Assembly: GCA_038087875.1 (NCBI GenBank)
Contig: CM075990.1
Coordinates: 11,348,001-11,412,000, forward strand
DNA length: 64,000 nucleotides
Direction: 5' to 3'
Source: Malacoraja senta
Lineage: Eukaryota
In this document: positions 50,327-63,603 of the stretch, one piece after another
Layout: each line of letters starts with the position of its first letter
Position numbering within the stretch: position 1 is the stretch's first letter
Made by a program: the position numbers and the translations under genes
The notes under the pieces: model-generated
The model's database searches: none
Told to the model about the DNA's origin: nothing
The model's input: only the letters and a program-made list of their open reading frames with translations

Positions 50327-50354
50327 CTGAAGAAGGGTCTCGACCCGAAACGTC
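50327..50354 (+). ncRNA. Minimal hammerhead ribozyme-like core in a Penelope pseudo-LTR (representative copy)
   Basis: CUGAAGA-A-GGGU(CUCG)ACCC-GAAA-C-GUC; host insertion 50304-50458 is flanked by GAGGAyTGTA. Helix I is weak, activity unproven. Confidence 0.6.
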
Positions 50355-50879
50355 ACCTATTCCTTCTCTCCAGAGATGCTGCCTGTCCCGCTGAGTTACT
50401 CCAGCGTTTTGTGTCTATCTTCGAGTTAAACCAGCATCTACAATTCTTTCCTACACACGAGGATTGTAATGCTTGAGCTGAGAATAGGAGCACTTACAAA
50501 TCTATCATGCACCATGTGTGCCAATTGTGTGTACTTTTCAATGGAGCCACATTTCAGAAAAGGAATGCGATGTGCAGCCACTGGTATATCACAGACTGAG
50601 CACAGGCTGCTGAGATCAAATTTCTGCCCTACAGAAGTAACGCGCCATTACAGTGTTTGACTTATTGCGGAGATACAGCCAGGCTGACTCCTTGTAGAGC
50701 TCCTCACATCCTCGAGCCTGGGAATTTGATAAGTGTTGCATTGCTAATCTCCCGAAAGGGACACAGCGGGTCAGAGAGTTGGCCAAGATTTGCAATATTT
50801 TAACATGAATCTTATAACAGACTGGATCAACATTGCCTGAAAGAGGTCCCAGTGAAATGAAATATGAAATGAAATGAAA

Positions 50880-51540
50880 GGGCAGCATGGTGGCGTGGTG
50901 GTAGATTTGCTGTCTTCCAGCGCCAGAGACCTGGGTTCGATCCTGACTACGGGTAATGTCTGTATGGAGTTTGTACGTTCTCCCCGTGACCTGCCCGGGT
51001 TTTCTCCGGGATCTCTGATTTCCTCCCACACTCCAAAGACGTACAGGTTTGTAGGTTAATTGGCTTGGTGTCATGGTAAATTGTCCCCAGCGGTTGCAAG
51101 ATAGTATTAGTATGCGGGGATTGCTGGTTGGCACAGTCTCGGTGGGCCAAAGGGCCTGTTTCCATGCTGTATGTCTAAACTAAAAACGAAACTAACCTAA
51201 ACGAAATAAGTGCAGAATAATTTAGCGGTGGCACAGCTGGTAGAGCTGCTGTCTCACAGCCTTAAAGACCCAGGTTTTATCTTGACCTCGGGTGCTGTCC
51301 GCACAGAGTTTGCACGTCCTCCCTCTGACTGCATGGGTTTCCTCCGGGGTGCTCTGATTTCCTTCCACATTCTAAAGACGTGCGGGTTTGTAGGTTAATT
51401 GGCCTCTGTAAATCACACCGAGTGTGTCGGGAGTGGATGCTAAAATGGGATAACATAGAAATAGTGTGGAGGGGAATCGAAAGTCGGCATGGACTCGGAG
51501 AGCAAACGGTCTGTTTCCATGCTGTATCGCTAATCCCTAA
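50880..51540 (+). mobile_element. Two adjacent HE1-like SINEs (50880-51205, 51224-51540)
   Basis: Two tRNA-like heads and two CR1-like tails; central regions differ (subfamilies). Confidence 0.85.
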
Positions 51541-52354
51541 ACTCTTACATATTAGATAAGCAGAAAATTCAGGAAATACTCAGCAGACGATCTGGGAATT
51601 TCTGTGGAAAGAGAAATAAAGTTAATGTTTCTGATTGACGATTCCCCATCAGGATATTTCACATTTGATAAGTTTTGGTGAACACTTTGACCTGAAACAT
51701 TAGCTCAGTTTCTCTGTTCATAGACAGTGCCTGGTCTGTTGAATGTGTCCAGCGTTTTCTATTTTGATGTCATATTTCCAGCAGCTGCAGTTTATTTCAA
51801 TCCAAGTAAAATGAATCTGGATAATCTCAAAGCAGACCCAGTGGTGACATATCCATTTCATAAAATACAGTTAAACATCAAACACAGAATGCTGGAGTAA
51901 CTCGGCGGGTCAGGCAGCATCTCTGGAGAACGTGGATAAGTGGCATTTCATGTCGGACCCTTCTTCAAATGTCATCTATCCATGTTCTCCAGAGATGCTT
52001 CCTGCCCCACAGAGTTACTCCAGCACAGTGTTTTGTTTTGCTTAAGATTCCAACATCTCCAGTTCCTTGTTTAGTGTAGCAATACAGCATGGATACAGGC
52101 CTTTTGGCCCACTGAGTCCTAAACGTTACTCCCTTATCATGTATCTGTACACTGTAGATGGCTCGAATGTATTGCCTTTCCACTGACTGGATAGCATGCA
52201 ACACAAGCTTTTCATTGTACCTCGGTACACGTGACAATAAACTAAACTGTAAACTGCTGACCAGCGATCAGCAAATCACACACTTCTTTGTTATGCAACT
52301 TTTTCATCCACATTTGTACACATTAGGGCAAATTTTATGGAAGTCAAATAACCT

Positions 52355-52930
52355 AAAAAGAGCAGGTCAACGGCGTCTCTTTAAATTCCTCCATATGCAG
52401 TGGAACAGTAGGTGAACCAACGTCGAGGTCCTTCTGAGTCCAATGCCCCCAGCAATATCATCCCAAGTAGACTCAACTGGCTACGTTGGGCAGGCCATGT
52501 CAGTCATATGCCCACCATTTGACATGAAGCAGACACTCTATTCCAAGCAATGTTAAGGGAAGAAGATACAAGAAACAAAGATTTATCGTTTGGTATTCCC
52601 TGGAAGAAATGCGACATCTCCTGTGATCTTGGGAATCTTTGTCCCATGGTCTTCAAGGAAGAGAAGAAGTGTTTGGGATGGTCTTGAGAAGCTTGGGGCC
52701 ATTCACACAGAGTACATTGACCTGTGATATTGACCATTGATTGATATTGACCTGTATAACTGACCGAACATCTCACCACTTCACATTTACATTATCTAGA
52801 TCAGCTAGCACATACCCTTCTGTGGAAGGGTCCCTGGTCCCCATGTCCGTGGCTTCATCGGCCACCTTCAGACACTCAAAAAGCAGAGTGGAAGCAGGTT
52901 GTCCTCATTCTCCGTGGGCTGATGAATGTA
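52355..52930 (+). mobile_element. Degraded RTE-clade LINE 3' fragment
   Basis: QRRLFKFLHMQWNSR*TNV followed by LRWAGHVSHMP, resembling the RTE C-terminal RWAGHVxRM motif. Confidence 0.65.
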
Positions 52931-54164
52931 CTCCTGCACTGTAGTTTATCTTTGTTGTTCCTGTCAAAGGAGGAGGTGTGATGATATGATTGATGGCAGA
53001 CCAAAAGCATCAAGGGCTGAATGGCTAACTCCTCCACCTATTTTCTATGTTTCTATGTTTCTATCAAGCTCCCAATCTGCCGTGAATCAGGCGTTATAGA
53101 GCATAGAACAGTACAGTTGTTATATGGAATCACAAAATAGTACCGTAGATGAAGATGACTCAACCCACAAAATGTCCTCTTTCAATTGGTCTTGCTCTCA
53201 TCCTGGGCTTCTTTCCCTTCATTTTTAAAACCAATTCCCTCACAATGTCAACTATTGAAACTAGTTCAATTTTTCCATTCCCTGTCAGCCAGAATAATCT
53301 ACATCCTAAACCTTCCTACTATAACGTGTATGAAACATAAGCAGACTATAGTAATTTAGATATACCATTGTCTATCCTGTACCTTACTGTAGCTGAAACC
53401 TGTGCTGGGGTGGACCAGTTGCAGTATTATCTGAACAATCCCTTCCGTGGCCTAGAACTAACCTGCAATTGTCATGTCCTGAAAGCATTCCACAATGTGA
53501 CAGAATGAGAAGAGCTTTGCTTCATTTTAATAGGAATTGAGAGGAAAGCCAACTACTTTACGCCTGTTGCTTTCAGCTGGAGCCAAATAATTGTGATTCT
53601 CATTTATCCACCAAAAATCTTCAATTGCCCGACTTTTCTTTCTATTTCACTAACTTCCGCCCACAGTCCACTTGCCCACGAACACAGCAGGTGAGAATCA
53701 CAACCTGAGATTACTCGTCAGCAATTCCCACACCACTCTTTATCAAGTTAAAACACTCACATAGTTTACTAATCCTTCTCAAAACCTATATCTCAGTTTT
53801 ACAGATGGTGTCTTAATTGCCTGCTAATAGCCTGCCTCCGAAATTCATTTATGCACTAATCTAAATTTTTGATTATTAAGTTGTCCAAAAACAATGAAGA
53901 ATGATTTTAATGTTTTCTGTGTTAGTCATGGATATTACATTCAAAATCATACATTGCATTCAGACTAATTACAGATTTAGAGAAGGAATCGAGTGCGTAG
54001 GCTTTTGCATCTGGTTCTGAACTGCATCTAAATAAAATATTGGGTGACATTGAATTGAATCATCAATAGGATTAGTACAATGAAGAAAGGCTTCCATTTC
54101 TATAGCAGCTCTTACTACTTCAAGTCAGCCCAAAGTATTTCACAAACCGTGAAGTTTTGAAATA

Positions 54165-54520
54165 TAGTCATAGAGTCATACAGCACAGAAATGGGCCCTT
54201 TAGCCCAACGTGGCCATGCCGACACAGATGCCCCATCTATCCTAGTCCCACCTGCCCATTCCTGGCCCATATCCCTCAAAAACTTTCCTTTCAATGTATC
54301 TGCCATTAAATGTTATTGTAGCACCTGACTCAACTACCTTCTCTGGCAGCTCATTCCATATACCCACAACCCTCTGTGTGAAAAGGTTGCCCCTCAGATT
54401 TTTATTAAATATTTCCCCTCTCACCTTAAACATATGACCTCTGGTTCTTGATTCCACTACTCTGGATAAAAGATGCTATGCATTCACCCTATCTATGTAT
54501 TTCCCTCATGATTTTGTACG
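54165..54520 (-). mobile_element. CR1 3' fragment
   Basis: ESRTRGHMFKVRGEIFNKNLRGNLFTQRVVGIWNELPE. Confidence 0.85.
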
Positions 54521-54617
54521 ATTAAGGTACTATTGCAGGTACTTTACCTGTCTAAATGTTTAAGACTCTATGACTGTATGAATATTGCATGAATTATGAA
54601 AGTCACAGGAAAATCTG

Positions 54618-54817
54618 NNNNNNNNNNNNNNNNNNNNNNNNNNNNNNNNNNNNNNNNNNNNNNNNNNNNNNNNNNNNNNNNNNNNNNNNNNNNNNNNNNN
54701 NNNNNNNNNNNNNNNNNNNNNNNNNNNNNNNNNNNNNNNNNNNNNNNNNNNNNNNNNNNNNNNNNNNNNNNNNNNNNNNNNNNNNNNNNNNNNNNNNNNN
54801 NNNNNNNNNNNNNNNNN
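54618..54817. other. Assembly gap (200 N)
   Basis: Run of n; the round length suggests a placeholder of unknown true size. Confidence 0.99.
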
Positions 54818-57084
54818 AATAATCAAGAGATCATTGCAAACTCTGGTGTCTATACCTATGACCTATTCTGTCCATATCCTAACCTATTCTAAGACCAGTA
54901 TCCCAATGCTTACTGATACGTATTGATTCATAATCAAACAAAGGGCCCTGTTTTAAAATGCTTCTAAAAAAATAGCTTTGCAAATCCCCCCGGACTTGCC
55001 TCTCCCTTTCTCTGTAATCATTCCCAGCTCTGCAGTGCTCCAAGATCACTGCCTTCTGTTCATTCTGGTCTGTTGGTCATGGCTGAATTTAATCACTCCA
55101 CCATTTGCAGTCGGGCCTCCAGCTGCCTGGGCCCTAAGCTCAGGAATTCCCTCCCCAAACATCTCTGTCGCTTTATCTCCTATTCCCATTTTAAATTGTT
55201 CTTTAAACCCCGCCTCATTATGTAACTCCATTATCTCAGAATCAGATTGCTTCAGTTATGCTCCACCATCATGCTTTGGGAACATTTGCTGCAATTAAGG
55301 TGCTATATCAAGTTATTGCTGAAGCTCTATAAGGCGCTGATCAGGCCACATTCAAAGTACTGTGAGCAAATATGGTCCCCATATCTGAGGAAGGATGACC
55401 TGGCTCTGGAGAGAGGAGGTTTCCAAGAGTAAACTTGCCTGCGTTTACCCATATCCCTCCATGAACCTGTCTAATTGCTTCTTAAACATTGCATAGTACC
55501 TGCCTCAACTACCTCCTCTGGCAGCTCATTCCATACACCCACCACCCTTTGTGTGGAAAAAGTTACCCCTCAGATTCCTGTAAAATCTTTCCCCCTTGAC
55601 CTTAAACCTTTGAATTGAAGAGCCTGTTTCAGCAATGTCTAGTCCTATGACTGAGCAGCATTTTGTCAGTGCTATGCTTGACTGCTGCCTGAGATTTCTG
55701 TGTGGAATTTGAAGCTGTCCTTTTAACTAATGCAAGATTTCAGCCAGCAATGCAATAATGATTTTTTTCATGTCACATCTGTCCCAGTAGGTCAATGTTT
55801 TGAGATAATTTTGATTCCTACGAGTTGTCCAAGGCTATCGAATCCTATAGTAGTTCATGTAGGACGGGTACATGGATAGTGGAGTAGTGCACCCGCTGAG
55901 TTTCTCCAGCATTTTTGGGTACATGGATAGGACAGGTTTGGAGGGATTTGGGCGAAACGCAGGCAGGTGGGACTAATGTAGCTGGGACATGTTGTGGACA
56001 AGTTGGGCCGAAGAGCCTGTTTCCACACAGTATCACTCTATGACTCTATCTCTCAGGATCTGCTCAAGGATCTACAAATCCAACGGGTTATTTTGGTTTT
56101 CATTACCCGGAGGAGTGTACGAAGCATTCTGCATGCAACCCTGACACGGGATTTCGACCTAAAATCTTGACGATCCCTCTGTTTCCACAGATTATAGCCG
56201 ACTCACTTAGTTCCTCCAGCAGTTTATTTTGTGCGTACAACTAATGTTGGATAAATGGGATGCAACGAATGGCCAATTATTCAAATTTTCTGTACATGTT
56301 CATTATTCCCTGCTGAGTTTTAAATACATTCCCTTTTACCTTCCATAAAAGAGTGGAAATTCCATAGCTTGATTAACCCTGGCAGTTCCCGGTCTGAGAA
56401 TGGGCTGCTGGTAATCCTTCAGCACAAGTGAGGAGTATGCTAACAATATTGTTCGGGGATTAAGACCCCAGTGTACAATCAAACCCACATGATATAATGC
56501 ATTAATGTGTATCAACCGTCTGACGTGAAGAGCCTGTCATGGCCTTGTCTATTTCAATGATTCCACAGTACTGCTACAATGTTAATTAACAGTCCATAAG
56601 AACCACCTTTTCCCTAAAGAACCATCAGTGTATCTTTCCAAAGACCATTTTAACCCTTAAAATGAAGTAAATATATTTCCATTAAATCCAGATGTCCTTG
56701 ACTCAACAGCCTCGAAAAACTACCTTCAAATCTGAGGCAGGATTCTTTTTGTGCACCAACTGGGATTCCCTGGAGTTATTGATGCATCTGACTAGACACT
56801 GAGCTCTATATTGTTTGACAAATATGATGCAATACATTGCAGAAGTTTATGATTTGAAACCAAGAGACTTGCGAAAATAAATAATTAATCAAAAACTCAA
56901 ACGCTATTTCATTTTCCCATGCTTTGATACGGGGACAAGTTGATACTCTGTTGATTGGTACAAGAACAAGTGATGGGGTAGATGCGATGGAGGTGGATAA
57001 CTGGGTCAGAGTGCAAAGACATAAATCAGTTCTGTAGGTCCTGCCATTATTTTAACATAATGTTTTTGACTGCCTCACACACAC

Positions 57085-57830
57085 TAAGTATAAGTATAAG
57101 TATGTATCCTTTATTGTCATTCAGACTTTTCAGTCTGAACGAAATTTCGTGCCTTGCAGTCATAACATAGAATAAAATAACAAAACACACAATAAACACA
57201 GATTAACATCCACCACAGTGAGTCCACCAGGTCCTCCTCACTGTGATGGAAGGCAAAAGTCTTAAAGTCCTTGTCTCTTCCCTCCTTGTTCTCCCTCTGC
57301 GTTGAGGCAATCCAGGCTTCCGATGCTGTGACCCCGCCCAGTGATGGTAAGTAAGTCCCGCGGCTGAATCCGAGCTCCGCGAACGGGCCGGTTCAAACTC
57401 CGCGGCCCGGGGCAGTCGAAGCTGCCGAAGCTGCCACCCTCCAGTCCAGCGGACGAAGCTGTTGTTGCGGGAGCTCCGGAGAATAGGTCACCAACCTGGG
57501 ACCTGCGAGCTCCCAACGTACTCGTCCACTGGGCCCGCGGCCGAGCCTCCGAGGCCCCGAAGTCGGGTCGCCGCCGCCGCAACGCCAACACAGCCCCGAA
57601 GTCGGCCAGCCTCGTGTTGGTAAGTCCTGGCTCTGCCTCCGGTCCTCGAGGTCAGTCCCAGTTAGAGGCCGCCAGCTTCGCCATTAGGCCTCAGCGCAGA
57701 CGGAGACGGAGGCGGGGGACACGACAAGAAAAGGTTGCATCCCCCTCGAAGGAAGAGACTAAAACAAGTTTCTCCCACCACCCCCCCCCCCCACACATAC
57801 ACAACTAAAATAAACTGTAACAACGGGACA
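57085..57830 (-). mobile_element. Unclassified CpG-rich non-autonomous retroelement with Rex-like tail
   Basis: Minus strand ends with stem-loop TTCAGACT..AGTCTGAA, TGACAATAAAG and (ATACTT)n tail; non-coding CpG-rich body. Confidence 0.6.
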
Positions 57831-58328
57831 AAAGTCCTGCTTCAAACACCTGAGGTCAAACTCATCAGCCTGATCAATAATCCTGCACTCAACATCACGG
57901 TATTAAACAGATTATCAAGTTTAAACAGATTTATCCTTATAGCTGTCTGTGGGAGTATAAAGTGTGCAAATTACTGATACATTGACTGCATCACAACAGT
58001 GAACTGCATTTCAAAACCAACTTTATTGGGTGCAAAGACCTTTGGGACTCTAAAAGAACAAGAAAAGCAAATATTTTTTTTGACAAGTCTTTGAGGATAT
58101 TTTCTTGACTGCCTGAGTTGGCTTCTTCATGCTCCAGCTAGAAATAGTTGTGTACATTAAGGTAAAATGGACACGTTTAATAGCCGTTGGGACATTCAAG
58201 CTCTACTCTATCAGCGACTGAGGATTGGTCGTGTGTGGGAATGAACTGCAGATTCTGGTTTACACTGAAGACAGATGCAAAATGCTAGAGTAACTCAGCG
58301 GGTCAGGCAGACATTTTGGGTCGGAACG

Positions 58329-58848
58329 CTGCTGACAACGTTCTACCGCTGCACCACAGAGAGCATATTAACGTATGGCATCTCTGTGTGGTATCTCAGC
58401 TGCACGGAGGCGGAGAGGAGAGCTCTTCAGCGCGTCGTTCACAGAGCGCAGAGGATCATTGGGACAGAGCTACCAGCCTTGGAGGGCATCTACCACACAC
58501 GGTGCCTCAGGAAGGCCGTCAGCATCCATAAGGACTCATCACACCCTTGTAACGGACTGCTTGAACTACTTCCCTCCGGCAGACGTTACAAGGCCTTCTA
58601 CACCCGAACCTCCAGACTCAGAAACAGCTTTATTCCAAGAGCTATAGCGGCTCTGAACCGGCCATGCTGAGTGCCCCCCCACCCCCCACCCCCCCCTGGA
58701 CAGTCTCCCTCGGATGGTCACGTCACTCAGCTTGCTTGCTTATTTATTTATTTTACTTTTCTTGTACATCGGTGGAGCTGCATACTAAATCTCGTTGCAC
58801 TGACGTGCAATGACAATAAAAGATATTATTATTATTATTATTATTATT
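58329..58848 (+). mobile_element. Rex1/Babar LINE 3' fragment, inserted in the centre of a Penelope dimer (58236-58946)
   Basis: FYRCTTESILTYGISVWY..LQRVV..DSSHP..LLPSGRRY..RTSRLRNSFIPRAI; TGACAATAAA plus (TTA)n tail. Confidence 0.9.
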
Positions 58849-59559
58849 GAGCCTGAAGAAGGGTTCCAACCCGAAACATCACCTGTTCTGTCTCTCAAGA
58901 GATGCTGCCTGACCCGCTGAGCTACTCCAGCATTTTGTGTCTGTCTAAGGATTGGTCATGCCAGTTACAGGGTGAATCTCTGGCACTTTCTCCCCAGAAG
59001 ATTCAGAGGTAGAGGTTAGATCCCAGGATTTGCTTAAAGATGAAGTCGATACATCTTTAAATGACTGCGTAGTCGATGGCTCTGGAGAGCTGTTTTGCTC
59101 TGAGGCCCTTGGACAACGACAGCACTGGAGGATGCTGAATGTTAACAGAAATCACGGTAAAGCTTTGATACGTCCAGCATTTGAAGTGAAGCTTTGAAAT
59201 ATGCTACAGCTTTGATTTGCTAAAGAGAGTCAGGAAAAGGTGGGTGAAGTGAGGCACGACTTTGTACGATAGTGCATGGCCGTCCGAAGGGGAGGGGGGG
59301 GTGCGTTTGTTGCGACCGCACCGCCCTTTTCCCCCCCAGAGTAAGAAAAAAATCACGCACAAAAAAAAAAGGGGGGGGAAAAAGAAAAAATCGGCGTTTC
59401 CACTTTGGAAATGGCCAGTTCTCCGTTCTCCCGTCGCTGGGTGGGAGTGGCTGAATCTGGACCCAACGGCTGTAACCCCAACACCAGACGCCGCTGCGGC
59501 AGGGCCCGCTCCCCTCGCCTCCCTCCGCCGCCAGGGCCCAAGCCACCTCCCGCCCACAA

Positions 59560-59892
59560 CACCCCCGCTGGGCCCACACCACCCCCGCTGGGCTCATGCC
59601 ACCCCCACTGGGCCCACACCACCCCTGCTGGGCCCACGCCACCCCCGCTGACCCCACGCCACCCCCGCTGACCCCCGCTGGGTCCACGCCACCCCCGCTG
59701 ACCCCCGCTGGGCCCACGCCACCCCCGCTGATCCCCCGCTGGGCCCACGCCACCCCCGCTGGGCCCACACCAACCCTGCTGGGCCCACGCCACCCCCGCT
59801 GACCCCCGCTGGGTCCACGCCACCCCCGCTGGGCCCACGCCACCTTCATCCCCCCTGCCCGCTGTGTCCCCGCTGGGCCCGCGCCACCTTCA
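59560..59892. repeat. GC-rich minisatellite (20-bp GGGCCCACGCCACCCCCGCT with 10-bp GACCCCCGCT variants)
   Basis: Directly visible; explains the repetitive GGGVGPAG ORFs. Confidence 0.92.
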
Positions 59893-60259
59893 TCTTCGCC
59901 CCCCCCCGCCAGAAAGAGGGGGGGATGTGGAGGGGAAGGGAGGGGAGAGAGAGATGGGGGAGGGAAGAGAGAAAGGGGGATTATCTTTAGTGAGATTGCA
60001 AAATTAAGTTAGGTTTTGAGCTATTATATATTCTCCTCCATATGAATAATATTAAACAATATCAAATAATATCAAACAATTGGAACTGCTTTCTTTTCCT
60101 TGATAACAATACTGAAAAATATGAATTCCATAGTTTGTGACATAAATATACATTTTAATGGGATCATTATATACAGATGTAATATTTCCATTTCGAGATC
60201 GCGGGGGGGGGGGGGGGGGGGGGCAAATATGCGTCAAGCCGATAGATAGCCTAATCGAT

Positions 60260-61319
60260 AAAGAGCTGAGAAGAGGAATCAGAGCTGCCAAGGAAAGGTA
60301 CTCTGAGAAGCAAGTTCTCAGCTAGTGACTCTTCTTCAGTTTGGAAGGGCATGCAAGAAATCACCAGCTATAAGAGGAAAGCCCCCCGCTCTTTGGACAA
60401 TCGTCAGCTGACGAACGACCTAAATGAGTTTTACTGCAGGTTTGAAAATCAGAAACGTAACTCTGCTACCCCTTCCCCAACAAACACAGCCAGACCCTAG
60501 TCTGCAACGAATGGACCCTGCACCCTCTCCTTCCCATTCACCACTTCACACCTCCTTAAGGCAAGACTCCAGTATGAAAAGAGTGGACCCTTTCCCACCC
60601 CAACCAACACTTCACACCCACTCACAGCCTGACCTCAGTCTGCAAAGACTGGGCCATTCTACACCCACCCCACTCCAATAACCACTTCACACCCAATTAC
60701 TCATTTTTAACCAGTCCCTGCAAAGATGTACTGTCCCTGCCTGCTTCAAAGTCTCCACTATTGTCCCTGTACCCAAAAAGGTAAGGATTACTGGTCTTAA
60801 TGACTACAGGCTTGTCGCACTGACCTCTGTAGTCATGAAGACCGTTGAAAGGCTTGTGCTGGCCAAGCTGAAAAATATCACAATCCCTCTGCTGGACCAT
60901 CTGCATTTTGCATATTGGGCCAATAGATCTGTGGATGACGCAGTCAATCTGGGCCTGCACTTCATCCTCCAGCACCTAGACCGCCATGGGACCTATGCGA
61001 GGATTTTGTTTGTTGATTTTACCTCTGCATTCAACACAAATTGTGCCAGAGCTACTACACTCCAAACTTTCTGAGTTGACTGTGCCTGAACCCCTCTGTC
61101 GGTGGATCACCAGCTTTCTGACAGACAGGAAGCAGCATGTGAGACGGGAAAGCATATCTCGGACCCACAAACGTTCAGCATAGGAGCACCGCAAGATGTG
61201 TACTCTCCCTTCTCCTCTACTCTCGCCACACAAATGACTGCACCTCCACAGACACCTCTGTCAAGCTTCTCAAGTTTGCGGATGACACAACCCTGATTGG
61301 ACTGATCCAGGATGGGGAT
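60260..61319 (+). mobile_element. Rex1/Babar LINE internal RT fragment (frameshifted)
   Basis: [76 protein letters not shown]. Confidence 0.9.
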
Positions 61320-62560
61320 CTCTGTACTCTTTTCAGTTTGACATCTTTCCTATAACATGGTGCCCAGAACTGAACACAATATTCTAAATGCGGTCTCACC
61401 AACGTCTTATACAACTGCAACATGACCTCCCAACTTCTATACTCAATACTCTGACTGATGAAGGCCAAAGTGCCAAAATACGTTTGACCACCTGATATAC
61501 CTGCGACACGACCTTCAAGGAACCATGCAACCATCAACCATTCCTCTGCCCACCTGGCTAATTGATCCAGATCCTGCTGCAATCTTTCGCAACCATCTTC
61601 ACTATCTGCAAAACCACTCACTTCTGTATCATCAGCAAACTTGCTAATCTTGCCCTGTTCTGTGACGTTTCACAGAGTGCTGGAGTAACTCAGCGGGTCA
61701 GGCTGAGTATAGAAGTTGGGAGGTCATGTTGCAGTTGCATAAGAAGGTGGTGAGGCCGCATTCAGAGTATTGTATTCAGTTCTGGGCACCATGTTATTGG
61801 AAAGATGTCATCAAACTGGAAAGGGTACAGTGAAGATTTACGAGGATGTTGCCAGGACTAGAGGGCCAGAGTTATAGGGAGAGGTTGAGTAGGCTGGGAA
61901 TCTATTTCATGGAGCACAGGAGGATGAGGGATGATCTAATAGAGGTGTATAAAATCATGATTTGAATAGATATGGTTGAGTCTGTTGCCCAGAGTAGGTG
62001 AATCGAGCAGCAGAAGACATAAGTTTAAGGTGAAGGGGAAAAGATTTAATAGGAATATGTGGGGTATGTTTTTCACACAAAGGGTGGTAGGTGTATGGAA
62101 CAAGCTGCCAGAGGAGGTAGTTGAGGCAGGGACTATCGCAACATTTAAGAAACAGTTAGATAGGTACATGGATAGGACAGGTTCGAAGGGATATGGATCA
62201 AACATGGGAAGGTGGGACCAGTGCAGATGGGACATGCTGGGCCGAAGGGCCTGTTTCCACACTGTATCACTCTATGACTCTATCTATCTTTCCCTCTCAA
62301 ACCCATTCTCCTGCCTTCTCCCCATTACCTCCGACACCCGTATTAATCAAGAATCTATCAATCTCCTCCTGAAAAATGTCCATTGACTTGACCTCCACAG
62401 CTGTCTGTGGCAATGAATTCCACAGTTCACCACCCTCTGACTTAAGATATTCATGCTCATCTCCTTCCTAAAGGAATGTCTTTTAATTCCGAGGCTGTGG
62501 CCACTGGTCCTAGACTCTCCCACTAGTGGAAATATCCTCCCCACATCCACTCCATCCAGG
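61320..62560. mobile_element. Cluster of CR1 fragments (61320-61650 -, 61700-62285 +, 62285-62560 -)
   Basis: [50 protein letters not shown]. Confidence 0.85.
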
Positions 62561-63105
62561 TTTTTACCAGGCTGGAACGGATGGCAACAGCTTCACACCG
62601 TGTCCCAAAGCTCGTGTCCTGTCCTGCATCACCCAAGGCAGCAGAGACGTTATAGGAGAGGGCAAGCACCGTCACAAAGTAGCTCACGATGGTTTGGGTA
62701 ACATTCAGGAATGTCTATGCATGTCACATCATGACTATTACTGAAGAAGGGTCTTGACCCGAAATATAATCTATACCTTTTCTCCAGAGATGCTGCCTGA
62801 CCCACTGAGTTACTCCAGCACTTTGTGTCTATTTTCACTTCACCCATCTGTCCAAGCCCACTCTCCCCCCTCCTTTCCTATGTTCCTTTCCACCCATAAA
62901 CCTCTCTCTGCCTTTACATTTCACTCCTCTGTCAAATCTGCTCTACTTATCTACATGCATTTTTCTTCTTAACTTTTTAGTCATAGAATGATGCAGTGTG
63001 GAAACAGGCCCTTCGGCCCAACTTGCCCACACCGACCAACATGTCCCATCTAAACTAGTCCCACTCACACGCGTTTGGCCCATATCCATCTAAATCTGTC
63101 CTGTC

Positions 63106-63603
63106 ACCAGAGGTTCACCAGACTGATTCCTGGGATGGCAGGACTTTCATATGAAGAAAGACTGGATAGACTCGGCTTGTACTCGCTAGAATTTAGAAGA
63201 TTGAGGGGGGATCTTATAGAAACTTACAAAATTCTTAAGGGGTTGGACAGGCTAGATGCAGGAAGACTGTTCCCGATGCTGGGGAAGTCCAGAACAAGGG
63301 GTCACAGTTTAAGGATAAGGGGGAAGTCTTTTAGGACCGAGATGAGAAAAACATTTTTCACACAGAGAGTGGTGAATCTGTGGAATTCTCTGCCACAGAA
63401 GGTAGTTGAGGCCAGTTCATTGGCTATATTTAAGAGGGAGTTAGATGTGGCCCTTGTGGCTAAAGGGATCAGGGGGTATGGAGAAAAGGCAGGTACAGGA
63501 TACTGAGTTGGACGATCAGCCATGATCATATTGAATGGCGGTGCAGGCTCGAAGGGCCGAATGGCCTACTCCTGCACCTATTTTCTATGTTTCTATGTTT
63601 CTA
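63106..63603 (+). mobile_element. Young CR1 3' fragment of the same subfamily as the full-length copy, nested in a minus-strand CR1 end (62980-63720)
   Basis: Peptide nearly identical to the last ~130 aa of ORF2 (..KGIRGYGEKAGTGY*); TTCTATGT tail. Confidence 0.93.

Noticed and set aside
54560..54892. ORFs spanning the N run
   Set aside because: Artefacts of the assembly gap.
59204..59849. Gly/Pro-rich ORFs
   Set aside because: Translation of a GC-rich minisatellite.
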